Shown here piece after piece: positions 17,019 through 25,199 of a stretch of DNA of 26,466 bases. The translations under genes and the position numbers were made by a program. The stretch covers positions 1 through 26,466 of the IMG/VR virus record IMGVR_UViG_3300022074_000319; one strand, written 5' to 3'. The notes under the pieces are model-generated. The model was not told where the DNA came from, did not search any database, and saw only the letters and a program-made list of their open reading frames with translations. Source of the DNA: a virus. Its lineage: Duplodnaviria; Caudoviricetes. How positions within the stretch are numbered: position 1 is the first letter of the stretch; every line of letters starts with the position of its first letter.

Positions 17019-17027
17019 TGTTATAAT
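17019..17027 (+). promoter_or_regulatory. Extended -10 promoter TGnTATAAT
   Basis: Perfect TG-T-TATAAT preceded by a T9 tract; points toward the terminator at 17085. Confidence 0.65.
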
Positions 17028-17032
17028 TTATT

Positions 17033-17120
17033 AAAGGATTCTTCTCTAGCAATAGATTAGTTTAACCTTCCTTTCGTGTACGTAAAAATAGTGGGTGTAA
17101 AAACCCACTATTTTGTTTTT
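17033..17120 (+). ncRNA. Candidate small RNA (~87 nt)
   Basis: Bounded by an extended -10 promoter and a strong terminator, with no ATG-initiated ORF. Contains the TCTA-GCAA-TAGA GNRA hairpin (17045-17056) and CCTTCCTTTC (17066-17075). Confidence 0.55.
17085..17120 (+). terminator. Intrinsic terminator (potentially bidirectional)
   Basis: Perfect 12-bp stem AAAATAGTGGGT/ACCCACTATTTT with loop GTAAAA, followed by GTTTTT. Confidence 0.85.
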
Positions 17121-17126
17121 GTAGTA

Positions 17127-17347
17127 TATAATTAAAGTATCGGATTGCGGACGTCTCCGAATATAAATGGATGCTGCACCTTCCAGCTTATAGCTGACGT
17201 GTAAGCTGCGTATTACAATTCGTCTAGTATCTCAACAGTCTGGAGTGGCTGGCAATTCTCATTGTTGTTTAATTATTATTTGTCGCGTATCGCATCATTA
17301 ACCCAAGGATGATGTAGTTAATACCAACACTTGGAGTAGGAGATAAA
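17127..17347 (+). promoter_or_regulatory. -10 box and long structured 5' leader of the scaffold-capsid operon
   Basis: TATAAT at 17127-17132. Stems at 17140-44/17156-60, 17184-92/17200-08, 17292-99/17308-15 and 17324-27/17331-34; SD AGGAG at 17338. Confidence 0.55.
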
Positions 17348-17812
17348 ATGGAAGAAAATATGGAAGATAATACAGTAGAAGAAACACAAGATAACAATGC
17401 TATCAAGTCAATGCGTGAACGCATTAAAGAACTTGAAAGTGTAGAGAAAGAATTTAAATCTGTGCAAATGGGTAAAGCTATCCAGGATGCAGGTTTTGAC
17501 CCAGACTCTGGACAAGGTAAAGCATTGAAAGACTTGTATAAAGGTGAGTTACAATCAGATGCTATAAAGCAATTTGCTGAAGAAAACTACGGCTGGACCT
17601 CAGAAAGTCCTACCCAAGAAGACCCGCAAGCTGCTCAAAAAGCAAGAGTTGTAACAAGTCAACAAAATCTTGACACTGTAATTGAAGCATCAACTCCAGT
17701 AGAGCCAGTTGGCTTAGAAGACCAGATTGCACAAGCGCAGCAAGATGGTGATTGGCAAACTAGCGCTAATCTCAAAGCAAATAAATTAAGAAATTTAACC
17801 CGAGAAAAATAG
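17348..17812 (+). CDS. Capsid scaffolding protein (putative)
   Basis: Acidic N-terminus, coiled-coil character and basic C-terminal tip; directly upstream of the MCP. Confidence 0.78.
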   Translation: MEENMEDNTVEETQDNNAIKSMRERIKELESVEKEFKSVQMGKAIQDAGFDPDSGQGKALKDLYKGELQSDAIKQFAEENYGWTSESPTQEDPQAAQKARVVTSQQNLDTVIEASTPVEPVGLEDQIAQAQQDGDWQTSANLKANKLRNLTREK

Positions 17813-17826
17813 TAAAGGAGATTTAA

Positions 17827-18765
17827 ATGGGTGCAGTAAGCGGATTGGGAGACTCTTATGACCTCCCGAATTACGTAGGTGAGTTATTTAATGTAACTCC
17901 AAACGATACACCGTTTCTTTCCGCTATTGGTGGGATGACTGGAGGTAAATCAGTTACCTCTAAACAGTTCTCCTGGCAAACAGTTGACAATGCAGCTGCT
18001 GCTCAAACAGTAGTAGTAGAAGGTGCAGACGCAACCTTTGCAGAAAGAAGCAGAAGCGAAGTATATAACGTGACTCAGATTATGCAATATGGTGTTCACG
18101 TATCATATACAAAACAAGCAGCAACAGGAAACCTTGCTGGTCAATCTATATTGGGAGACCAACCAGTTCAAGATGAATTGGCTTTCCAATTAGATATGGC
18201 TATGAAGAGAGCAGCTAGAGATATAGAGTTCTCTTTCTTACAAGGTGCTTATGTTGCAGACACTAATGTAACAACAGCAAGAAAATCAAGAGGTATGCTA
18301 GCTGCTATCGCTACTAACGAAGTAGCAGGCGGTAATGCTGCTCTTGACCAAGCAAAAATAGATGCTTGCTTAAAGAAGATGGCAGATGCTGGCGCTCCAT
18401 TCGAGACACCAGTAATTTTTGCTAATGCTTTCCAAAAGCAAAAACTATCATCTATCTATGGAAGTGCGTTATCACTCGCTCCTAGAGATAGAAATGTTGG
18501 TGGTGTTAACATCATGACAATAGAAACTGACTTCGGAGAAGTTGGTATTGTTTATGATAGACACCTTCCTGCTGAAGATATTATTATTGCTGACTTATCG
18601 TTTTGTAAGCCAGTATTCTTAGACATTCCAGGAAAAGGACACTTCTTTGCAGAACCACTTGCACAAACTGGTTCAGCTTATAAGTTCCAAATCTATGGAG
18701 AGGTCGGATTAGAGTACGGTCCAGAGCAATTCCACGGCAAAATTACATCTCTATCTACTTCCTAA
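17827..18765 (+). CDS. Major capsid protein (HK97 fold, SU10/DUF5309-like)
   Basis: Motifs P.DTPFLS.IG, EGADA, N.TQI, KR..RDIE, TDFGEV and GE.GLE; SD AAAGGAG; codon usage suggests high expression (TTC, ATC, GCT). Confidence 0.9.
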   Translation: MGAVSGLGDSYDLPNYVGELFNVTPNDTPFLSAIGGMTGGKSVTSKQFSWQTVDNAAAAQTVVVEGADATFAERSRSEVYNVTQIMQYGVHVSYTKQAATGNLAGQSILGDQPVQDELAFQLDMAMKRAARDIEFSFLQGAYVADTNVTTARKSRGMLAAIATNEVAGGNAALDQAKIDACLKKMADAGAPFETPVIFANAFQKQKLSSIYGSALSLAPRDRNVGGVNIMTIETDFGEVGIVYDRHLPAEDIIIADLSFCKPVFLDIPGKGHFFAEPLAQTGSAYKFQIYGEVGLEYGPEQFHGKITSLSTS

Positions 18766-18785
18766 TACGAAGTAAGATAGTATAT

Positions 18786-18821
18786 TTATTAGAGGGAGAT
18801 AAATACTTCTCCCTCTAGTAA
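18786..18821 (+). terminator. 14-bp hairpin after the capsid gene, without a U-tract
   Basis: TTATTAGAGGGAGA/TCTCCCTCTAGTAA (one G-U pair), immediately before the SD GGAGG of the next gene. Confidence 0.6.
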
Positions 18822-18833
18822 TATGGAGGATAT

Positions 18834-19736
18834 ATGGCAGCAGTAAGCACACTCGTAGATAGAATATATAGAGATTTTTTAAACAAGCCAGACGATTTGT
18901 CTGCGTTTTCTCGTTTAGATGGAGCCATAAATAGTTCAGTTACTTCAGTAACTTATGAATCAGGATTGTTTTCATCTGAAGAAGAAAACTTATTAGGTTC
19001 TGGTGCCTTAATAGAAATAAACCAGGAGATAATGTTAGTCACTGCAGCTAATACTTCTACTAGAACATTAACAGTAGCAAGAGGATATGCAGGAACAACT
19101 GCAGCTGCACATTCAGATAAAGATAATATTTTTGTAAACCCTACGTTTCCACGTAAATCTGTTTTTGATGCAGTAGCAGATAACATTGTTAGATTATATC
19201 CAAGTTTATATAATGTAACTAACACTACTGTAACTGCCAACAGTACATATCAAGAAGTGCCAGCATCTACAGTAGAAGTGATGACATCTTATGTACAAAA
19301 CTCTACTGGTAGTCAATACACTACAGCTGGTATAGAACTTCTTAGAGATTTTCCACCATCAAGTACAAACGCAGCAGTTCAGTTTTACAATACAAGTAAT
19401 GGTAAAACTGTATATCTTGTAGTTAAAAGAAAATTTGTTATGCCTAGTGCAGAAACAGATGATTTAAGTACAGCATGTTTGTTACAAGATGAGTACCACC
19501 AAATAGTTATGGTTGGTGCAGTAGCAGATATTATAGGTGCTACAGATATAGATGCTTCAACACAAGAATTTATTACAGAGAAATTAGCAGCAGAAAGTTA
19601 TCCAGTAGGTTCAGGAGAAAGACTTAGAAATGCACTACTTAGACTTAGGTCATTGTTGATAGATGAAGCTAGAGGTAATTTGCGTTCTCTATATCCAGCA
19701 CCAGTATCAATTATGAATATAAATTATAGTGGATAA
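18834..19736 (+). CDS. Head-tail adaptor / tail tubular protein A-like (putative)
   Basis: Position after the MCP; helical ends with an inserted beta domain (EIMLVT...TLTVARGYAGTTAAAHS) typical of virion proteins. Confidence 0.6.
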   Translation: MAAVSTLVDRIYRDFLNKPDDLSAFSRLDGAINSSVTSVTYESGLFSSEEENLLGSGALIEINQEIMLVTAANTSTRTLTVARGYAGTTAAAHSDKDNIFVNPTFPRKSVFDAVADNIVRLYPSLYNVTNTTVTANSTYQEVPASTVEVMTSYVQNSTGSQYTTAGIELLRDFPPSSTNAAVQFYNTSNGKTVYLVVKRKFVMPSAETDDLSTACLLQDEYHQIVMVGAVADIIGATDIDASTQEFITEKLAAESYPVGSGERLRNALLRLRSLLIDEARGNLRSLYPAPVSIMNINYSG

Positions 19737-21652
19737 TGTCAGTATTACCTTCACCAGCTAACACTAATGCACCAGAGTCACAAGGATTTGAAGCTAACCT
19801 AGACGATTTGTTTCTTAGATTTGCTGTTGGTCCAGGACGGCAGCTTAATATAAACACAGCTCCACTCCAGGCACAAGCTATACAGACATCAGAAACACCA
19901 GAGGATTTTCAACAGGAGTTTGGTCAGATATTTTCCAGGACAGATTTTGCTGGAGGTAGTGGTTTAGATAAAGCACATAGAAGGAATGCAGGAGAAAATG
20001 ATTTTCAAAGATTTTGGGATAGTAAAGGCATAGATGTATTTAGTGGTAAACAAGTAGGTCAAGAATATAAAGTATCTTTATTACATGACACATCAGAGTT
20101 GTCTAGTTCTACAAATACAAATTTATATATGGAAGAAATGAGTGGTTCTATATTCTTTGCTGATAGTGATGTTCTTAAAAGAATAGACACACCTACTGCA
20201 ACATCTATAACAGTTGTATCTGAAACTGCACCAAGTGCTGGTAATGCAATAACAGGTTTAGCTGTACTAGGAACACAATTATACATAGTTGCAAATGGTG
20301 TTATATACAAAAGAACTGGTGCATCAACTTACACAACACATAACAGTCACAAAACATTTAGTAAGATATGGTCTATGAAAGGCAGAATAGTTGCTAGTGA
20401 TACTGCTGGTGATTTATACCAGGTAACAGATAGCAGCAATCCTACTACTATGAAAACATTACCTACTGGTACAGAGTGGACAGACTTAACAGATGGTGGA
20501 GCTGTTGTATTAGGTGCAGCATCAGATGGATATATATATTCTTTTACTGATGAATCATCATCACTTACACTTAAAGGTCAAACATTTATAGAAGGTGAAG
20601 TACCTAATGCTATAGATGCAGCACAAGGTTTTATATTTTATGGTACATATCAGAACACAGCTAGTGGAAAGATTGGTAGATTATATAGAGCTGAAATAAC
20701 TAATGCTAATAATTTATATGTACTTGTAAATGCACAGTTAATTAAACAATGGGGTAGTGGTTCTAATACTTTAAATCAAGCACCATACAAAATTATATCT
20801 ACAAGAGATAGTATCTATGTAGGTATAGTTGATAGTGCAAGTAAGACAAATCTGTGGCGATATTATCTACCAACAGGTGGTATAGCTAGAGATTTAGAAT
20901 TTGCAGAAAGTGGAGTAGTGCAAAGCATATCAGTATTTGCTGATAGATTATTTGCAACTGTATCAGGTGGAGGACTTTATAGAGAAAGTACAAACTATGT
21001 ATCAACAGGTTATGTTATTACACCTCTTGCAGATTTTTTTACATCCGAAAAGAAACAATGGGTTGGAGCTAAATTAAATACTAATGTTGTTAGTTCTGGT
21101 TCAGTTAGATTATTTAGTTCTACTATTGCTGCAGATATAAATAGTCCTACTGCAGCTACCTGGTCAGAACAAGTATCTATATTTTCTGGTACAGGTGGAG
21201 ACGAAGAAGTTATGACACTTGTTGATGGTAGATGGATTGCAGGAAAAATAGAATTAAACACAGATGATGTTACACAATCACCAGAACTTCTGTCATTTGC
21301 TATTAGGGGTTTCCAATTAGTTAATGACTTAGTAGTAGATATGCCTATAAACATATCGGACCAAGTAGAAAGACCGAATAGAAAACGATTAAAAATAAAC
21401 GGTCAAGGAGATTTAGTGTACCAGGCGCTGCGTAACAAAGAAGGTAAGAATGTGCAATTAGAGATATTCAGACCAGATACATTATTAAGAGGTATAATAG
21501 AAAATGTTAGCAGTCCTATTGAGGAGATAAGCCCTAGAGGTTCTGTAACAATGTTTTGTTTAGTAAGATTTAGAGGTAGTAAAGTAGTACAAACTTCAAC
21601 ATCTGGAGTAGGATTAGGAATAGAACTATTAGGAGTAGGTAGATTAGGATAG
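19736..21652 (+). CDS. Tail nozzle / stabilisation protein (beta-propeller, putative)
   Basis: 638 aa, rich in short beta strands and S/T/G; size and position match podovirus nozzle proteins. Confidence 0.65.
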   Translation: MSVLPSPANTNAPESQGFEANLDDLFLRFAVGPGRQLNINTAPLQAQAIQTSETPEDFQQEFGQIFSRTDFAGGSGLDKAHRRNAGENDFQRFWDSKGIDVFSGKQVGQEYKVSLLHDTSELSSSTNTNLYMEEMSGSIFFADSDVLKRIDTPTATSITVVSETAPSAGNAITGLAVLGTQLYIVANGVIYKRTGASTYTTHNSHKTFSKIWSMKGRIVASDTAGDLYQVTDSSNPTTMKTLPTGTEWTDLTDGGAVVLGAASDGYIYSFTDESSSLTLKGQTFIEGEVPNAIDAAQGFIFYGTYQNTASGKIGRLYRAEITNANNLYVLVNAQLIKQWGSGSNTLNQAPYKIISTRDSIYVGIVDSASKTNLWRYYLPTGGIARDLEFAESGVVQSISVFADRLFATVSGGGLYRESTNYVSTGYVITPLADFFTSEKKQWVGAKLNTNVVSSGSVRLFSSTIAADINSPTAATWSEQVSIFSGTGGDEEVMTLVDGRWIAGKIELNTDDVTQSPELLSFAIRGFQLVNDLVVDMPINISDQVERPNRKRLKINGQGDLVYQALRNKEGKNVQLEIFRPDTLLRGIIENVSSPIEEISPRGSVTMFCLVRFRGSKVVQTSTSGVGLGIELLGVGRLG

Positions 21653-21653
21653 A

Positions 21654-23714
21654 ATGACAGCACAAGAAACTAAGTTATTAAATGCTTTTGAGACAACCTT
21701 AACAGGTACTATTGGTGCATCTGATACAACATTAACTGTAAATTCAGTAACAGATTCAGCTTCTAATACTCTTACTGCTTCTTGTTATTTAATAATTAAC
21801 CCTGATAGTGCAACTAACAGAGAAGTTATTTTAGTTACAGGTGTTAATTCAGGAACTAAAACATTAGATGTTGGTAGTGTAGGAAATAGATACTTAACAG
21901 GTTCAGCAGCTTCATCAGGATTATCACATGCTTCAGGTTCTGTTGTTCGTATGTCACCAGTTCAACAACACATAGAAGATTTAAACGATAGAGTAGATAC
22001 AGTTATTAACGAAGCAGGTACTGCACTTAATACAACATTATTTTTAGATGAAGATAATATGGCTTCTAACTCTGCTACCAAAGGTGTGACACAACAATCA
22101 GTTAAGGCTTATGTAGATACACAACTTACAGCAGAGGACTTAGATTTAACAGCGGATAGTGGTGGACCAATAGCTATTGATTTAGATTCAGACACATTAG
22201 ATTTAGAAGGTGGAACTGGTATAGATACAACTGCTAGTACAGCCAAAGTTAGCTTTGCAATAGATAGCACAGTAGCAACTTTATCAGGTTCACAAGCATT
22301 AACAAACAAAACTATAGATGTAGATAGCAACACAGTATCTAATATAGAAGTAGATAACTTAAAGTCTGGTGTCTTAGATACAGATTTAGCATCTACTGCT
22401 GGTACAGATACTACATTAGCTTCTGCAAAAGCAATTAAAACTTATGTTGATGCCCAGGTAACTGCACAGGATTTAGATTTAATATCTGATTCAGGAACAA
22501 TAGACATTGATTTAGATGGTGATTCATTAACAGTAACAGGTGGAGCAGGTATAGGTACATCTGCAACAGGTACAACACTTACTATTGCAATAGACAGCAC
22601 AGTAGTTACAGAAAGTTCTACAGACACACTTACCAATAAAACAATAGATGCAGATGGCACAGGAAACAGCATTACAAACATAGAAGATGCTAATATCAAA
22701 TCTGCTGCTGCAATAGATGCAAGTAAAATTGCAGATGGAAGTGTTAGCAACGCAGAGTTTCAAAGGTTAGATGGAGTAACATCAGACATACAAACACAGC
22801 TAGATGGTAAACAAGCATCAGGTTCTTACATAACTGCAAGTAGTTCTGACACTCTTACTAATAAAACATTTGATGTTGAGGGTACAGGTAATTCTATATC
22901 TAACATTGATGTTGCAGATTTTAAAGCAGCAGCAGTTGTTACAGAATCAGAAGGTATTGGTTCTAATGATAACGATACAACATTACCAACATCTGCTGCA
23001 GTAAAAGATTATGTAGATTCTAATGCAGGTGATGTAACTGCTTCATCAACAACAACATTTACTAATAAAACTATTGATGCAGATGCTACTGGAAACTCAA
23101 TAACAAATATAGAAGATGCAAACATTAAAGCATCTGCTGCTATTGATGCTGCCAAAATTGCAGATGGCTCAGTAAGTAATGCAGAGTTTCAAAGATTAGA
23201 TGGTGTTACTTCTGATATACAGACACAGCTTGATGCTAAAGGAGATGTTACTGCATCATCTAGCACTACTTTTACTAATAAAACATTTGATGTTGAAGCT
23301 ACAGGAAACAGCATATCTAATGTAGATGTAGCAGATTTTAAAGCTGCAGCAATCGTAATTGAATCTGAAGGTATAGGCAATAATGATAATGATACAACAC
23401 TTCCTACATCAGCAGCAGTTATAGATTATGTAGCTAATAATGCAGGGTCATCTAACGCACTCGTTGCAGATAACTCAGACTTTACACTTACAGATACAGG
23501 AACAGCTACAGGTATTCATTATGAATTAGACAATGTAGATACTGCTGACTGGAACCAAGGTGGTATTGCATTAACAGCAGTAGGTGGAATGTTTAGACAT
23601 AATCAAACACAATCTGCTACATTTACAGTAGCTGCAACAGAGGGTACAGTTCTTGCAGGACCTATTACAATAACAGGTACAGTAACAAATGCTGGTACAA
23701 TGGTAATACTATGA
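21654..23714 (+). CDS. Tail fibre protein with internal repeats
   Basis: T/S/D/A-rich with recurring TNKT(I/F)D, (V/I)KxYVD and LDGVTSDIQTQLD fibre-shaft motifs. Confidence 0.85.
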   Translation: MTAQETKLLNAFETTLTGTIGASDTTLTVNSVTDSASNTLTASCYLIINPDSATNREVILVTGVNSGTKTLDVGSVGNRYLTGSAASSGLSHASGSVVRMSPVQQHIEDLNDRVDTVINEAGTALNTTLFLDEDNMASNSATKGVTQQSVKAYVDTQLTAEDLDLTADSGGPIAIDLDSDTLDLEGGTGIDTTASTAKVSFAIDSTVATLSGSQALTNKTIDVDSNTVSNIEVDNLKSGVLDTDLASTAGTDTTLASAKAIKTYVDAQVTAQDLDLISDSGTIDIDLDGDSLTVTGGAGIGTSATGTTLTIAIDSTVVTESSTDTLTNKTIDADGTGNSITNIEDANIKSAAAIDASKIADGSVSNAEFQRLDGVTSDIQTQLDGKQASGSYITASSSDTLTNKTFDVEGTGNSISNIDVADFKAAAVVTESEGIGSNDNDTTLPTSAAVKDYVDSNAGDVTASSTTTFTNKTIDADATGNSITNIEDANIKASAAIDAAKIADGSVSNAEFQRLDGVTSDIQTQLDAKGDVTASSSTTFTNKTFDVEATGNSISNVDVADFKAAAIVIESEGIGNNDNDTTLPTSAAVIDYVANNAGSSNALVADNSDFTLTDTGTATGIHYELDNVDTADWNQGGIALTAVGGMFRHNQTQSATFTVAATEGTVLAGPITITGTVTNAGTMVIL
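22098..22649 (+). repeat. Degenerate internal duplication in the fibre (KAYVD...TNKTID, two copies)
   Basis: SVKAYVDTQLTAEDLDL...AIDSTV...LTNKTID (~22098-22319) versus AIKTYVDAQVTAQDLDL...AIDSTV...LTNKTID (~22431-22649). Confidence 0.8.
22632..23447 (+). repeat. ~130-aa tandem duplication in the fibre
   Basis: Copies at ~22632-23030 and ~23061-23447 with near-identical protein sequence, including KIADGSVSNAEFQRLDGVTSDIQTQLD and NDNDTTLPTSAAV. Confidence 0.9.
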
Positions 23715-24265
23715 GTGAAATACAAGTAAACACAATCAATGAATATACAGGTGCAAATGGTGTAACCATTGATGGTGTAAAGATTAAAGATGGTTCAATT
23801 ACAAGTGGTAATTCTGTTCCTGTTGCAGATATATGGAGATTAACTTCTGATGTAACTGGAACTGATGGAACTATTAGTAGCAATTTAGAAAGAGCAAGTA
23901 CAACAACTGGTCACGGAGATGTAGGCACAGCTATGTCAGTATCTAGTGGTGTATTTACTTTTCCACAGACAGGTGTTTATTGGGTTAGGATGAATGCATA
24001 TATGTTATCTGCATCAGATACATACACTCAAATAGAAATAGAAATAACAGAAGATGATACTAATTATACTCTTGCAGCAGTAAATGGAGATGGAGATGCA
24101 GGTGCAGGTGGTAGTGCTTTAGTAGAAATATTTTTTGAAGTAACAGATACATCAACCCATAAAGTAAGATTTCAAACATCAAGTATGGCATCAGGTTCTA
24201 AAATATTTGGATATTCAGGTAAAAATGGAACAACATTTTCATTTATTAGATTAGGAGATGCATAA
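23711..24265 (+). CDS. Small tail fibre / receptor-binding protein, C1q/TNF-like head (putative)
   Basis: GVFTFPQTGVYWV and terminal TTFSFIRL motifs of C1q-like beta-sandwiches; ATGA overlap. Confidence 0.65.
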   Translation: MSEIQVNTINEYTGANGVTIDGVKIKDGSITSGNSVPVADIWRLTSDVTGTDGTISSNLERASTTTGHGDVGTAMSVSSGVFTFPQTGVYWVRMNAYMLSASDTYTQIEIEITEDDTNYTLAAVNGDGDAGAGGSALVEIFFEVTDTSTHKVRFQTSSMASGSKIFGYSGKNGTTFSFIRLGDA

Positions 24266-24939
24266 TGCCAGGTAGTATAAAAATAGATGATGGAAGTGGT
24301 AACTATACCATATTGACTAACGCAGGTTCGTTAGGTTCAGACAAGACAATTACTATTCCTAATGAAACAGGAACTGCTGCATTAACAAGTGGCGTTGGTC
24401 TGCATAAATTATATAGTGTTACAGCTAGTAATCAATCTTCAGTAGATTTATTATTTGCAAATACAGGTTGGACAACAGCAAATTATCATAGCTTTATTAT
24501 TAAAGGTAGATGGATTACACCAGTAACTGACAATGTTAGATTATATGGTGCATTTTATAATGGTAGTTCTTTAAATAGTGGAACATATAGTGCAGGACAA
24601 AGATACTATAGAATGGATAGTGCTGATAGTGGCTATGGACAAGATAATGATACAGATTTTTTTGATATGTTAGATGGTACTTATGGAACTGATACTAGAG
24701 AGGGTGTTCAAGTTAATATAGAAGTATTTCCATCAGGAGATGGAACAACAAACAGTAGTCCATCTGTAGCAACATTTGCTACAGTTGAAACAGTAGCAAA
24801 AATGTCAGGTGCTTCAGCTTATGCAGTTGTGTCAAATGTATATTTTGATAGTGCATCAGCAGTTAATGGTTTTAAATTTTATAATAGTTCAGGCAATATC
24901 AACACAGGACATTTTGATTTTTATGGAGTGCAAAGATAA
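24265..24939 (+). CDS. Small tail fibre / receptor-binding protein (putative)
   Basis: N-terminal DKTITIPNETGT fibre motif; C-terminal GFKFYNSSGNINTGHFDFYGV, shared in pattern with the 25200 gene. Confidence 0.65.
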   Translation: MPGSIKIDDGSGNYTILTNAGSLGSDKTITIPNETGTAALTSGVGLHKLYSVTASNQSSVDLLFANTGWTTANYHSFIIKGRWITPVTDNVRLYGAFYNGSSLNSGTYSAGQRYYRMDSADSGYGQDNDTDFFDMLDGTYGTDTREGVQVNIEVFPSGDGTTNSSPSVATFATVETVAKMSGASAYAVVSNVYFDSASAVNGFKFYNSSGNINTGHFDFYGVQR

Positions 24940-25196
24940 TGGCAGATAGTATAGAACAAAATAAAGTAGCTTTTAAAGAGCAATACCCTGATGCACCTGA
25001 TGATGCTATTCACGCTTGGGCAACTATAAAATATAATGAAGATGTAAAGGAAGAAGCATTAACTTATGCAGATAAAAGACTTAAAGAATATCCATCATTA
25101 CAAGATTGCATACACGCATTACTAGATGGTGGCGATACTCTTACAGATTTACAAACAGCAAGACAAGCAGTAAAAGACAAGTACCCTAAAGGATAG
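24939..25196 (+). CDS. Tail fibre chaperone-like small protein
   Basis: Y..KR..EYPS.QD and VK.KYPK motifs; follows a fibre-like gene; paralogous to the 25823 gene. Confidence 0.6.
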   Translation: MADSIEQNKVAFKEQYPDAPDDAIHAWATIKYNEDVKEEALTYADKRLKEYPSLQDCIHALLDGGDTLTDLQTARQAVKDKYPKG

Positions 25197-25199
25197 ATT

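Noticed and set aside
17002-17075. Minus-strand 16-codon TTG ORF behind GAAAGGAAGG
   Set aside because: SD spacing is about 13 nt, the start codon is weak, and it runs through promoter homopolymers. Kept only as an alternative explanation for the CU-rich segment.
468-17084. TGTACGTA shared by both intergenic islands (468 and 17077)
   Set aside because: Only 8 nt, and it also occurs inside a CDS near 7412; insufficient to call an operator.
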